A stretch of DNA of 63,940 nt, filler included, from Octopus bimaculoides (GCF_001194135.2; 5 parts of 5 records of this genome joined end to end with filler, not necessarily neighbours in it); one strand, 5' to 3'. Positions 12,713 to 26,964 are shown, counted from the first letter of the whole stretch. The notes: generated by a model not told the origin, from the sequence alone. Program-made: numbers and translations.

Positions 12713-14140
12713 AATGTAAATATATATATATACTAAATGTAAATATATATATACACACGCACACAACCACGTGCGCGCGCGCGCGTATGAGTACGTTGCA
12801 TTTTTCCCAAAACATAATTTTTTGTGTTTCAAACCAATATTAAATAAGATATGGCCCAAAGCTTAATATCTTCTCGTTATACATTAATTAGAAACTGACA
12901 GTAAATAGTAGTTTGATGAGAGCTGGTTTCCTTTCACGTTCTCTGGGTTTAGAAATTGGTGGGAGGGACAATATAAGCAGGTATAAAATTCTAAAGAGTC
13001 GATGTCATTTAAGAAAATATATACAGAATAACGATGTGATATGACATGATATGATACATACATACATACATGCACACACACTCACACTCACACACATGTA
13101 TATTATGTATATATATATATATATGCACACATATATTTAAGTATATTTATATGTAAATATGATAGCGTTTTAGACGTGTATATGTACGTATGTGTATACA
13201 TGCATAAATACATTCATATATTGAGCTTTGCGTGCATGTTTAGTTTTACTGCAAACCCTTGGGGTACAGGCTTAGTGGGTGTGGTAGAAAGCAGAATGAC
13301 GGGTGCAACGTACTGTTTTGTATGAATCAGAAATGGAACCAAACTGATTTTTTAAATATTATTTTTACATGTTTTGATAGCAGTGGAAAGATTTCATTTA
13401 TAAAACATACCCTGTGGTTTTTAACTGTAATTATAAAACAACAGAGAGAGAGCTGGAGAAATGGAAAGAGAGCGGGAGTGAGACAAAAATATATTTATTT
13501 AAAGAATAACATTGTATTGTATTTGGAATAATACAACCGTGGAGTAGTTTATCTACAATCAGAGCCCAAAGGTGGTGAGCGGAAAAAAGTTTGAAACAAT
13601 AATATGTACTAGTGTACCATTAGAAAGAAAACAAGAAATGAAAACAAGTACAATTTGTGTGCAAAATCCGCTTCGAGAGATGAAGTGAAATTCTATTTAA
13701 ATTATGACACATTGGAAGCAAATCTTTCAGATCCGCCTACCCATCATCCTTATTAAATGTTGGCCATTTTTATTCATTGTTGCTCAAATAAATAAAGTTG
13801 GTTTTATTTGTAAAACTGTGTCGTGAAATAGGTAAATTAGTAAATTAATTATAATTATTGGAAAAAATTTTTAGAACAAACTTTGGTATTTCTTTTCGTT
13901 TTATCACGTTAACATACTGACCTCAGAGTAACTTGGAAGAAAATTTGGAAGAAAATTTCTTTAGTCTTCAAGTGCGCTTGCTTGCTTGCACACACGTACA
14001 TATAATACGTATATGTATACATATATACGCACACACATGCATATATATGCATAAGTCTATACACACACACATTATATATATATATGCATATATACATACA
14101 TATACACACACATATATATACACATTTATATAAATATATA

Positions 14141-14304
14141 CATTATTTACATTATTTACAATTGACGGATATTTGTCTTCATCTTGTTTGTTGTTAACAC
14201 AACGTTTCTGTTGATATATACCCTCCAGCATTCATCAGGTGTCTTAGGGAAATTTCGAACCTGGGTTCTCATTCCTAAGGTATTTTTCGATGTTGTTGTT
14301 GTTG

Positions 14305-14371
<67 letters not shown>

Positions 14372-14420
14372 CGAACTCGGAATCTTGGAGTTAGTAGCCC
14401 GCGCTCTTAACCACTACGCC
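14141..14420 (-). mobile_element. SINE family F: tRNA head + (AAT)n + hammerhead-containing tail
   Basis: Head GGCGTAGTGGTTAAGAGCGCGGGCTACTAAC..GAGTTCGA. The tail matches 21169-21253, 44270-44413 and 44558-44700. Confidence 0.85.
14196..14243 (-). ncRNA. Putative minimal type-I hammerhead ribozyme (family F tail)
   Basis: GACAC-CTGATGA-A-TGCTG-loop-CAACA-GAA-ACGT-T-GTGTT. Stem I is GACAC/GTGTT, the core is intact, stem II has one mismatch, and stem III is the palindrome ACGT. Confidence 0.55.
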
Positions 14421-14423
14421 CAA

Positions 14424-14532
14424 GTTGTTGAACTGTTGTATTGTTTGAACTAAGCTTTACTGCCAATTCGTCAACTGATAATGCAGGATTTTCTTCAAGT
14501 AATGCCTCAAGGATCTTATCATCTAACTCAAC
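14424..14532 (-). mobile_element. Mariner transposase HTH fragment
   Basis: VELDDKILEALLEENPALSVDELAVKLSSNNTTVQQL resembles the mariner second HTH (DD..L.ALVE.DP..T..ELA..L..S..TV). Confidence 0.6.
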
Positions 14533-15517
14533 TGTTTGGTGTATCAAAAGGTACTGTTTCGAAGGTAATGGAAGCCTTTGAGAAAGAGGGAAAAACCTCC
14601 TAGTCGATACAAAACTCCGGAAGAAAACCAAAACTTTCAGGTAGGGGCCGTCGGTCTCTTACGCGAATTATTAGAAAGGATCACAAGAGTACAGCTCCCA
14701 AAATTACTGTAGAACTTAATGACTACCTTGAGAGCCCAGTTTCCACAAATATTGTTCGACGAGTGCTGCACAAAGCTAGATTTCACGGGAGGGCTGCAAA
14801 CAGAAAACCACTACTTTCAAAAACAAACGTTGCAAAGCGTTAAAGAGTGGAGTAAAAACCTACATAATTGGTCCCTATAGCAGTGGAAATATGTTATTTT
14901 CTCGGACGAGTCATCCTTTACCTTATTTCTGACCACCGGCCGAGTATACGTGTGGAGACATCCAAAAGAAGCATTTGACCCGGACTGCCTTCTTCCAACT
15001 GTCAAATATGATAATCTGGAGAGCTATATCTTGGAAATCCGCTGGCCCAATGGTTTCCCTTCATGACAAAATTAATAGTCAAGACTAAGCATTTTATCTG
15101 ATCAAATTCATCCTATGGTTGCGGAACTTTTTCCGGAAGGAAACGCAATCTTTCAGGATGATAATGCACCAATTCACACAGCTAAAGTTATTACTGGATG
15201 GCATGAGGAACATTCTAGTGAAGTTGAACATCTTATCTGGCCAGATCTCCCCAGATCTCAATATCATTGAACGTTTATAGTGCATTTTAGAAAAAAAAAA
15301 ATAAGGAGTCGATATCCTCCACCATCATCACTACAAGAACTGGAGACTGTTTTAGCTGAAGAATGGACAAAAATTCCTTTGGAAACAATTCAAACTTTGT
15401 ATAATTCCCTTCCCCGTAGAATTCAAGCTGTAATTACTGCCAAAGGTGGTCCTACTCCATATTAAAATAAATTTGTTTGAAATTTTAAGGTGTTTCTATT
15501 GTTTTGTCGAACTCCTG
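14527..15517 (+). mobile_element. Tc1-like transposon, 5'-truncated, disrupted transposase, with right terminal repeat
   Basis: QLFGVSKGTVSKV...SGRKPKLS...RKPLLSK...WKYVIFSDESSF..GRVYVWR...FQDDNAPIHTAK...DLNIIE...LPRRIQAVITAKGGPTPY*. It ends ...GTTTTGTCGAACTCCTG|TA. Confidence 0.9.
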
Positions 15518-15519
15518 TA

Positions 15520-15646
15520 CAGGGTGTCCACAAAGACTGGGTACATGGAGTAAATAAAATCATAACATAAACGATTAAATATAAGAAATAATAATTTCTT
15601 AAAGTATGTGTTAATCCCCATGCACCCAGACTTTGTGGACATCCTG
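15520..15646. mobile_element. 127-bp Tc1/mariner-type MITE with 29-bp TIRs and TA target duplication
   Basis: Left CAGGGTGTCCACAAAGACTGGGTACATGG versus the reverse complement of the right end CAGGATGTCCACAAAGTCTGGGTGCATGG (3 mismatches). TA lies at 15518-19 and 15647-48. Confidence 0.9.
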
Positions 15647-15879
15647 TACATATGCACCTGCACACATTAAAAGATATATTGGTATTTAACTAATATATAA
15701 ACATATTGGTGTTTAAACAAATATATATTTGATATCGATATTTAAAAAAAATATAATATACACATATTCGTATTTCATTAAATATTGAAGTATATGAAAT
15801 ATATTACATAGGTACAACAGACTGGACTCCGACAAAGTCACCGTTGAGCATTCTAGTCATACGTCATTCTAGTTAGCTG

Positions 15880-16030
15880 TAATATTCCGACACAGGTACG
15901 CGGCCATAAAGTTTGAAGACGGAGAATTGTCGATTAAATTATCCCGACTAATTTACTGGTACTTTATTGTATTGATCATAGAAAGATGAAAATATAAATT
16001 GATTTTAACGCTAGATACGAGCTCAGAAAG
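15880..16030 (-). mobile_element. Highly degraded SINE family A copy
   Basis: Remnants GTCGATTAAATT...ACTGGTACTTTATT...GAAAGATGAAA...GAGCTCAGAAAGTAAAAAGAC. Confidence 0.45.
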
Positions 16031-16859
16031 TAAAAAGACTTCGTAAAAGACCCTAACATTACTTTACCAATGTACTTTATAGGTTCAACAATTTATCGCC
16101 CTCACTCAACATCAATATACTGCCAGCGTTAACTTACAACTCAACCTACTTAAACTGCACTTTCAGCCAATGAAATAACACATCACTATTCTCAGACATA
16201 TTTGAAGGAAGTTTTTATTAATTGATATTACGGTTTTAGATAAGTGAAATTATAATCTTCAAATTTGGGACTATGATTGCATCAAATTCCTGAACATCAA
16301 AAACCAAACCATTTAAAAAAATCTTTTAAGACAGGTAGAATGAAATCTGTACGATAATGTAAAACATTTATACTAATATCTCATGAAGGCATCAGCGTGT
16401 CTATACATTAGTTGATGGTCTTAGAATATATCACCGTATTACATTAACACTCTAACCATCCAATCATTTCATTCATGACGGCAATTCTTTACAAAATAAT
16501 AAGAATAATAAAACAAAACAAAAAGCAAACGAAGACAATAAAAAGAAAAAAAAATTAATATAAGTTGATGAAATGTGTAGTCGTGCTCCCATCTCTACGT
16601 TGATAGACGAAAACAATACGTAGATAAAAAAAAATATAAAAAAATATAAAGAAGATATATATGAAGAAAGTGAAGAAGTTTAAGGGGAAGAGGTTACAGG
16701 AAGAGAAGTACAAGGGGGACATCAAATGACATGCGGTTTATAAGAAAGAAATGTAGAAAGAAGAGATGATGGGAAAGAAAAAGGAAGGGTACAAGGGGAA
16801 AGAGGGACGGTAATGATAATCAAAAGGCATAATGTTAAAATAAAAGAGAAATTTGCTGA

Positions 16860-16871
16860 CTATTATTATTA

Positions 16872-16950
<79 letters not shown>

Positions 16951-16970
16951 CATTGTTAGTATTATTATTA

Positions 16971-17041
<71 letters not shown>

Positions 17042-17059
17042 ATTATTATTATTATTGTT

Positions 17060-17154
<95 letters not shown>

Positions 17155-17280
17155 CGTTGTTGTTGTTAATTATTATTATCATTTTTATTATCATCATTAT
17201 TGTTGTTGTCGTTGTCGTCGTCGTCGTCGTCGTCAACAGAATTATGATGATGATGATGATGATGACGACGATGATGATGT
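16860..17280. repeat. Compound trinucleotide tract (ATT)n grading into GTT/ATC/GTC/GAT
   Basis: Direct reading; it explains the poly-I/L/N ORFs in the track. Confidence 0.95.
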
Positions 17281-17577
17281 TGAAAAATAAAAGATAAAAT
17301 ATAAGAAGTGATATTAGAAAAACAATATAAATACAAAAACCAAAAAAAGTGAGATAAAGACAGGCTCAAAGCAAAAATTAAAAAAAAAAAAGGATGAAGG
17401 GAAGGAAAATAAAAAAAAGAGACAATGTTAAGGAATGATTCCCTAAGTTTATATGGCAATATCTGCCATAAGTTGAGTAGATAATGGAAGCAGTGTGAAG
17501 AGAAGTAAATAAAGAAAGATACCATTACAGGAAATAGGAAAGATTCTCTATATATTTTACTGTTAATGAGAGAGAAG

Positions 17578-17655
<78 letters not shown>

Positions 17656-17760
17656 GAGAGAGAGAGTGAGAGAGAAAGAGAGAGCGAGAGAGAGAGAATG
17701 ATAAAGACAAAAGTATAGCAAAAAAAGAATTGTAATCATACTGATATAAAAGTTATCAAA

Positions 17761-17761
<1 letters not shown>

Positions 17762-17847
<86 letters not shown>

Positions 17848-17876
17848 CTGATGATAATGGTGATTGATGGTAACGA

Positions 17877-17912
<36 letters not shown>
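17762..17912. repeat. (AAT)n + (ACT)n microsatellites
   Basis: Direct reading of the sequence. Confidence 0.95.
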
Positions 17913-17932
<20 letters not shown>

Positions 17933-18399
17933 GTTATAAAAATGGTTACAATGATAAATAGATAATGATGATGCTTATATTGCCGGAGATATTAAGGGAG
18001 ATATTGCTATACATGTGCAAACCATTGCATTAAGTTTTATTTTTGTTTGACATATTTTCTTAGTACTTAACAATATGTTAGCTTACTATATATCATACTA
18101 AGAGTGCAAAGTAAATGCTTTTTGGGTGTATCATTGAAGCATTACCTACTGATAGTGTTCACTAAATGTTTTATAAAAGTTAAAATTAAAAAAAAAAATT
18201 GAAAAAGCATTTATACAAAAGCAAAAGAAAATCAAAAATAAAACTCTGAATAGAATGTATCGTCATAAGAAATCTTCGTTCTCAAGCAACAAGCCTGAAG
18301 GAATTATGCTATTTCCTTCAAATTATACATACATACACGCATACATACACACATACATACATATATATATACATACATACATTTGTATGTGCATGGCTT

Positions 18400-18400
18400 C

Positions 18401-18455
<55 letters not shown>

Positions 18456-18480
18456 CATCCATCCATCCATCCATCCATCC

Positions 18481-18518
<38 letters not shown>

Positions 18519-18542
18519 ATATATATATATATATTTACCCCC

Positions 18543-18625
<83 letters not shown>
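18400..18625. repeat. Compound (CTAT)n(CCAT)n(CTAT)n(AT)n(CT)n(CA)n microsatellite
   Basis: Direct reading of the sequence. Confidence 0.95.
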
Positions 18626-18629
<4 letters not shown>

Positions 18630-18829
18630 AGAGGCAAATCGAAAATTAACAAAACTTTGCACATCCAAAGTTTGTAATTCATTTTCTTTCTTCTATGTGG
18701 TGTGATTTTCTCGAAGAATTTATAGTGTCTTTTGACGTCTATTTTTCAGTGCGTGGTCAGGCGCAAGCCAAGCCCTTGTTATAATTATGTATATAAGTAT
18801 AAAATATATATATATATATGTATGTATGT

Positions 18830-18863
<34 letters not shown>

Positions 18864-19758
18864 ATACAGTCACTGGTTTTGTCTGCAAATATGTCTGCGC
18901 ACCATATAATTTCAGAACGTAAAAATAACTCAGCACATGAAATAGAGTAACTTGATTGCGTCCATCAGCTGATGCTTATTTGTGTTTCGTTTTTCTTACA
19001 CTTCCATATCCGGAGGTAATCCCCTGCTGGAAAGTGGTTGGTGATAGGAACCTCGGTCTGTTGGATTATAAAATGGCTCATATCATCGTCCTCGGGACAA
19101 GCTATTAAAAACATACAATGTCAAATCATGCTACATAACTCACAATGGAATCATTACTAGGCAAAATTTCTCAATGAAGTTTGTTTTTCCGTTAACTAAA
19201 AATAACTAACTTAACTTGACATCTAACTCAAAGAAAGCAGGACTTTTGTTTGAGATGCAGTATAGTTAAAGTTAACTTAAACGAGGTCGTTTTTAGCAAA
19301 GAATTCTTTAGAGAAACAACAATTCTTCAACTGGTCTTTATATTTTCGACTCTACTTAGCGTAATTTCCCTGATTATGGTGTAGAAGCAAATTTTAGGTT
19401 TGTACGCTTCATTAATGCTGTCTTCGTTAAATACTAGTCTTTACAAAACTAATTAAGCAAAGTCATTAGCCTCTCGGCTTCAAATACGGTAATTTTCCTC
19501 GGAGTAAAAGAAATAAAAGAGTGAGAGAATGATAAAGATAGAGGAAGAGAGAGACAATATATATATATATGTGTGTGTGTATGTGTGTGTGTGTGTGTAT
19601 GTGTGTGTGTGTGGGCGCGCGGTTTTGTGTTAGTGCGTGTGTGGAGTGAAGAGACAGAGAGTGTGATAAAAACTACAGGAAAAGAGAAAGTTAAGGCGAA
19701 AGTAGTAGAGGAAAACTAGATGAGGCTAGAGGGAAAAGATAGATGATGATAGACAGGG

Positions 19759-19836
<78 letters not shown>

Positions 19837-20760
19837 AATTCTGTGTGGTGACTGAGAAAGTAAGGAAGGTTTATGACGAAATAGAAAACAAGACAAAAAC
19901 AAAACAAAAACAACAACAAAAGCAACTGCAAGACTATTCAGGCACTGAAATAGTTTAATAGAAACAGTGAGTGGAAGAGCAGTGAAAGAATGTTTTAAAG
20001 GTGTTATTTCATTAATTCTAATTCTAACAGATCTCTTCTTTTTTTGTCTCTTATTAATAGTTGACTCCGCTTCATTACTGTAGAAATTATATTAGAAAAC
20101 ACTTTATTTGTAATCAATTAGTGTTGTTAAAAGAAATGTATCTAAACAGCAAGGAAACTGAGAAAAACTGTCATGACCAATAGAAAATATTTTCTATGAA
20201 GACTTGGAAACAAAACTGTGTTTTGTTTCTTTTAGGAAAATAATAATAACAATAAAAATGAGTAAGCACATAAAAAAGCAAAATAAACAAATATTAAAAT
20301 AAATAAATAAGACCATAGACGGAATGAAATAGTTCGGACAAAATTGCTTTGCAAGAGAAACGCCAATCCAGAAAAAGGCCACGAGACTCACTGGCATAAA
20401 ATCACTTCCAGCATGTTCCAGCGTCTGGCCCACGGGCCTGATGTCTCAATGACCTCTGTTGTACAAAACTGGTTAATTTCGTACTTACTCGGACACCTCT
20501 AACCCACACTTCTCCACCACTCTCATCCCCTATGCTCCCCAGCAACAAGTCCATACACACCACAACGACCTTCACCGACCCGAGAACGTAGATCTCGAAT
20601 CCATTTTCTATTCATGTCTTCTATGAAGGTGTCAAATTGCAGTTGTTTAAGCGGAACATTAACAACATTAATCTCACCTCGGTTACCTGCGAAGGCTATA
20701 GACTCTCAGTTCCTCCNNNNNNNNNNNNNNNNNNNNNNNNNNNNNNNNNNNNNNNNNNNN

Positions 20761-20772
20761 TTAATTAATTAA
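20761..20772. other. Artificial assembly spacer N44-TTAATTAATTAA-N44 (also at 41172, 58785, 61047)
   Basis: Four identical 100-base blocks, each 44 N + a 12-mer with stops in all six frames + 44 N. Confidence 0.95.
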
Positions 20773-20816
20773 NNNNNNNNNNNNNNNNNNNNNNNNNNNN
20801 NNNNNNNNNNNNNNNN

Positions 20817-20894
<78 letters not shown>

Positions 20895-20968
20895 TCACTG
20901 CCTAGAATCGAACTCGGAATCTTGGGGCTGGTAGCACGCGCTCTTAACCACTACGCCATATGCTCGTG
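20817..20968 (-). mobile_element. SINE family F head + (AAT)n linker (tail, if any, lost in the gap)
   Basis: Reverse complement: CACGAGCATATGGCGTAGTGGTTAAGAGCGCGTGCTACCAGCCCCAAGATTCCGAGTTCGATTCTAGGCAGTGACCTGAATAAT... Confidence 0.85.
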
Positions 20969-21040
20969 TATGTGTATGCATATATATGTGTGTGTGTGCG
21001 TGTATATATGTACGTATATGCATAAGATTGCATAGTATGA

Positions 21041-21115
21041 TCGTGGGTATATGGTGTAGTGGTTAAGAGCGCGGGTTACTAACCCCAAGATTCCGAGTTC
21101 GATTCCAAGCAGTGA

Positions 21116-21171
<56 letters not shown>

Positions 21172-21253
21172 TCGAACAATACCTTAGGAATGAGAACCCA
21201 GGTTTGGAATTTCCCCAAGGCACGTGATGAGAGCATGATAAGGACAAATATCC
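21041..21253 (+). mobile_element. SINE family F with hammerhead region partly deleted
   Basis: Head with A box TGGTGTAGTGG and B box GAGTTCGATTCC, about 16 AAT units, then tail ...CCCCAAGGCACGTGATGA[deletion]...AGGACAAATATCC. Confidence 0.85.
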
Positions 21254-23723
21254 TTCAAAAGTAAATAATGAAATTTAGTTCTATTTGTTTATCTATTTGT
21301 TTATCACTAAAACTTCAGTGAATTATTTATGGGAAAATATTGACCTATTTATATATAACTGAAGGGTCTTTAGTCGTGACCGATGATTTTTTCTAATATA
21401 CATAAGTATTTTTATATACCTGATGTACATGATGTTTTGCGATTTGCTTGTGTGTTTCTGTGTGAGTGTGTGTGTGTATGTGTGTGTGCAACTGTGTTCG
21501 CGTGTGTATATGTGTGAGTGTGTGTGTGTGCATCCGCGCACGTGTGTGCGTGCCTATCTTGTGCGGTGTGTGTTGTGTGTGTGTATGTGTTTCGTATGTG
21601 TGTGTTTGTTGCCAGTGTGGGCACAAACGCATACATGAATATATTTAAATGTGATAATTGAGTTTCACACATTAGCTATATGTATATACTTCAGAAGAAG
21701 ATACATATATATCGTTTCAGTCTGTTCATCATATAAACCGAATTATTTATTCCCTAATTTTTGTCTTATCCTATATAATTAAAGTTTCGCATATGTGTTG
21801 CTGAACAAATACACATTTGGCAATATCTTTAAATTCACATGAACAATAGAATTAACATAACTCAATTAAGTTTCTAAATTTAGGGAAACATGCTATGTAT
21901 AAATTTGGGGAGTCAGCAATAAAATGCCAGGCAATTTAGAATTGTACATTGAGAGTATTATACAGAATCTGTGTTTGACATTGCATAGTTATCTATTTTC
22001 ATTTTTTATTAGCCGTATCATAATTTGGTGCGTATTTTGTGCAGTATCTGCGTACCATATTTTCCATACAAACTATTTCCTGCACATCTCCCAGGCCCAT
22101 GCATAAATACAACTTCAATCGATGCTTTCGGAGAGTAACTGCTTTGTTATTAACGTCTAACCAATTACCAATAGATTTCAATAATATTATCCGTGCACAC
22201 TTGATTTAATAATTCGCACCTGCCTCCTAGCTCTTTTCATTGTAAATCGTCACGAGAGTAGCAATGATTTCAGCATAGACTATATTTTTTTAAAGAATGT
22301 TTACTTGGGAAGACAGTCTCTGTATATTTTTTTCTCTTTCCACACAAATATTTCTTCTTTTTTTCAGTTACAAATTGTTTCTGTTTGGTATTATTTCTAG
22401 AAAGTATTCGCAAACAATAGTTAAATTTGTGAGATACGACAGCCTGTTTAATCGATAATGTTGCTCCAGTGAACTTAGTATAGTAATGGGAATACATTAT
22501 GCATTGTATTATATGTGACAACATGGAATAAAACAAATTATTATGGAAATTTGAATGGAAATCCTTCCGTAATATGAAGGCAAAATTTATTTATATATGA
22601 GGGAAAAAATATAGGCCAAATCAAAGGTTATATAATTACTAAATATTGAAGAGAAAGTTCAAGGAGCAACTGTATTCATTTATTTATAAAAGTATGATTG
22701 AACTTCGATAGATACTTTACGTTTAAGGAACGGATTAAGGTACGGATAGTGAAGGCAATTGAATATTTGTGAAATATCTTGTACTGCATTGTACTGAGAA
22801 CATTTTAGTTTTGAATGCCAGTGGATGCAGTAAGGTCTGGGTGCTTAAAATATTTTCTTCGGAGTCATGTGGTCCCAAATTTAATCCTGTTGTATAATAT
22901 CCACGCACGTGATGTTATCATATTTCCTATCCGAACTAAGCTTTGGTATTTTAAGGTAATGTGAAATACACTTCATTTGAAATTAGCAGTATATCGAACA
23001 ATGGATCACTATACTGATTTCAAATGAATACATTTGTTATTTTTCGAGGTGTACTTTAACTACTGTTTCCTATTTAATGTCTGTGTGAGATAAAATTTAT
23101 GCTGAAATATGAACAAACAGTAAAAGAAACCTTCGGCTGAACGAAGTTCATGACCTTCTGTCAGTTAGTGGTTCGAATATTTTGAAGTCCATAATGCATT
23201 TAATTATATTACTACAGACAATTACCTCTACAAATATCAAACTCATCTACTTTATTTTAATCACATCCTAACTCAGTATAAGATCAGTAATTCCATACTC
23301 AGTGCTAGTTTAAAAGCAAATAAGTCTGTGTAGCATATAATAGGTCCTTACCCTTACTGACTACATAGAAATGTATGGCAAAATCTAACGTTGCTTGGAT
23401 TTGAACGTAAAACACTGTAATAAATTTAGTAAGTGATCTTCCAGATTAGGGAGACTACATCAATTTGAAATACTATATCTAAAAATGTAATTCTCGAAAC
23501 TGGAGAGGCACTTCCAGATTGATTAATTCCTATTGTAAGGTTGTGAGAAAGACGTGTGTCAGAGAAAGCATGATAAATCTAAATGGAATTTCGGGATTAA
23601 AATGATCGTGAAAAATTGTATCGGTTAATGTTAACAGCTCCAGTAAAATTGATTACTGTAATACAAATTCAAATAGTAATTGTAAAAGGTTAAATGCTAT
23701 GCACTAGGCATATACATACGTAA

Positions 23724-23759
<36 letters not shown>

Positions 23760-25473
23760 GTGTGTGTGTGTGAGCGTGAATATGCCTGTGTGCTGGTATG
23801 CGTGTGTGGTGTGCGTGTGTGGTGTGACGTGTTATTCTAAAGCGTATTGACTTCTACCGACTAGGTACTTGCATCGGTATATATAAGCGAAATCAAACAG
23901 TAAGAATATATCAAAATATGTGCATACATACAGACATGCACGCGCAAACACATACCCACGCACGCATACGCACACACATACACACACACAGTCACAAACA
24001 CACACATGAGGGGTTGTAGAATAACACAGGGCTTGTGTAGCTGGAAAGTTAGAATGGTATATAATTACTATCCTTTACATTTCTAATTTATAAGCTTTTC
24101 TAAGTCGATTTTCATTGTTTTTCCTCCAGTGTCGACGCACGCAAGATTGAATTCGATTTAATTGCATATTAACTGGCTAATAATGTAAAATCTAATGATT
24201 ATTTTTAGAAATTATTTCAGAATCTTACTAATTCTGTTGATTTTTCAATTTCAATTTCTATCACAAGTCGGCTAAATAAGTATAAATCACAAAAATGAAT
24301 CCATTACAAATTACAACTTAAATTATCTTAAATACGAGACCTTTGTAGAATTTTGAAAACTATCAACTGTTGTTTTTTTTTTAAATTCCTGTAGACTGTA
24401 ACAGCTCGGGTTTATCAGCGCATAAGATAACCGGTATTTATGAAATTTCACAAGGAACACCAGGACTATTTTTACAATTCTCCGACTGAATATCCATCAT
24501 TTTTATAGAGAAAATCCTATAAATTAAACACGCTGACATCGTTGTTGGTGCTTCATTTTCCGTAAAACTCTTTAGGTTTTTTTTTTTAGATAAGATATAT
24601 TTATCAAAACAATGCAATATGTGTGAAACGTGGATAGATTTCCAATGTAATGTGCTTCAGATGGTGAAAACACATTTGTAGTTCTCACATACCTTTCTAA
24701 AGCTAGGGCGATTGAATTAGCTTATGTAACAATGGAGCTACTTTATTTCAGAACATTATTGTATTTATGCTATAGATAACAGAAGATGAAAGAGCAAACG
24801 GAATTAAGAACGCGAAATAAATGGATAGAGGAATGCATACAATCTACTGTTTTTTTGGTGGGGAGGGCTGTTCTTTTCTTATTTCGGGACTTCTGGTGAT
24901 CTTTCTTGTAGGATATATGTTGACACCATTATCGTGATGCTACATTTAGTGTAACATCATGGTGCAAGGACAGAAAACTTTTACTTGTAGTTGAGGGAAT
25001 AAATTTAGTCTCCTTAAATACTGCGACATATGAATGCAGACACTAATATATGAAAAAAGAAATAATTTCTAAAAAAATAATTGGCATTCATTGTTTCCGT
25101 TAACTTTAATCATTTTAAGGTGACAGTGCTGCAATATGTAATTAGAGGACTTCTATCGTGTACAGCAAAAATTTGAAATTTAAAATTGTTACAGGGCAAA
25201 CCATATTTCGTATTAAGTTTTTAAATAATTGTATCTATATAAAATATGCCTAATTATGAACTATAATTATATTTATATATTATTTATATATTAATAAGTG
25301 TATATGCTGATGTTTACACATATGCAAATTGCATATAGTACATACATATGGACACACACACACACATATATATATATATCAGTTGAGTGTACGTTTGAAT
25401 CTATCTAAATGTATATATTCATATACTATATTCATATTCAGAGAACGTAATATTTATCAAATGTATGAATGTT

Positions 25474-25531
<58 letters not shown>

Positions 25532-26907
25532 AATATATATANNNNNNNNNNNNNNNNNNNNNNNNNNNNNNNNNNNNNNNNNNNNNNNNNNNNNNNNNNN
25601 NNNNNNNNNNNNNNNNNNNNNNNNNNNNNNNNNNNNNNNNNNNNNNNNNNNNNNNNNNNNNNNNNNNNNNNNNNNNNNNNNNNNNNNNNNNNNNNNNNNN
25701 NNNNNNNNNNNNNNNNNNNNNNNNNNNNNNNNNNNNNNNNNNNNNNNNNNNNNNNNNNNNNNNNNNNNNNNNNNNNNNNNNNNNNNNNNNNNNNNNNNNN
25801 NNNNNNNNNNNNNNNNNNNNNNNNNNNNNNNNNNNNNNNNNNNNNNNNNNNNNNNNNNNNNNNNNNNNNNNNNNNNNNNNNNNNNNNNNNNNNNNNNNNN
25901 NNNNNNNNNNNNNNNNNNNNNNNNNNNNNNNNNNNNNNNNNNNNNNNNNNNNNNNNNNNNNNNNNNNNNNNNNNNNNNNNNNNNNNNNNNNNNNNNNNNN
26001 NNNNNNNNNNNNNNNNNNNNNNNNNNNNNNNNNNNNNNNNNNNNNNNNNNNNNNNNNNNNNNNNNNNNNNNNNNNNNNNNNNNNNNNNNNNNNNNNNNNN
26101 NNNNNNNNNTATATATATATATATATATTCGTTTCTATTTGGGCATTTGAGCATATTGATATGCTCAAATGCGGGCACACACACATACACACAAAGATAC
26201 AAAAATAAATACAAAAATATAAGCTGAAATTCAAATAATCTGTAACATACCTCATGCACATAAACATCTACAGGAATAGCTGGTGACCTAGATATACTTA
26301 TAAATCATGTTAAAATGATATGTTAAATATAGATTGGTTATAGATCCGATAGCTATATGTTATAATTAATAGGCAACGTAGGTCATCCGTCTCAGTTATG
26401 GCGCTGGCAATATTATCGGGATTTTTCATTTGATTGCTCTGATCAAATTATTCATTATAGACTAAATTGAAGGATGAATCAGAAAACAAGATTCGTCACT
26501 GCACTTGCATGGAAGAAAGCGCAAAATATTTGACTACATATAATCAATATGTAAATGTATGCATGCTGTTCTGACGATAGATATATTACTTTGATATAAT
26601 GATACGCATATGTTTCGTGTTTATACGCGTTACATGTAAATACACACTAACATTCATGAACATAAAGGCACTGATTGAAACATGCACACACGGACACACA
26701 GGCGCATACACAAACGCACATAAACATAGACATGCATATCCTATATTTTTGCTTGCTCTCCAATACATAGGTAGCTAATACCATATGCTTTGGAATGGTA
26801 AATTGGTAACTGCAAATAACTATTGAATAATTTTCTGCACTATTGAGTCAGAGTTACGTACTTACATACGTACATACATGCATACATATATATATATGCA
26901 CACATGC

Positions 26908-26959
<52 letters not shown>

Positions 26960-26964
26960 GTATA

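Noticed and set aside
16738-17297. Long poly-I/L/N ORFs, and likewise the HT/YI/CV/SL/RE-repeat ORFs throughout the track
   Set aside because: They are translations of microsatellites or of N runs, with no coding signal.
21041-21119. tRNA-like sequence (Ser-like loop CTACTAA) as a tRNA gene
   Set aside because: It lacks a proper acceptor stem and is always fused to the (AAT)n linker and tail, so it is a SINE head. The same applies to 26965 and 47050-47119.
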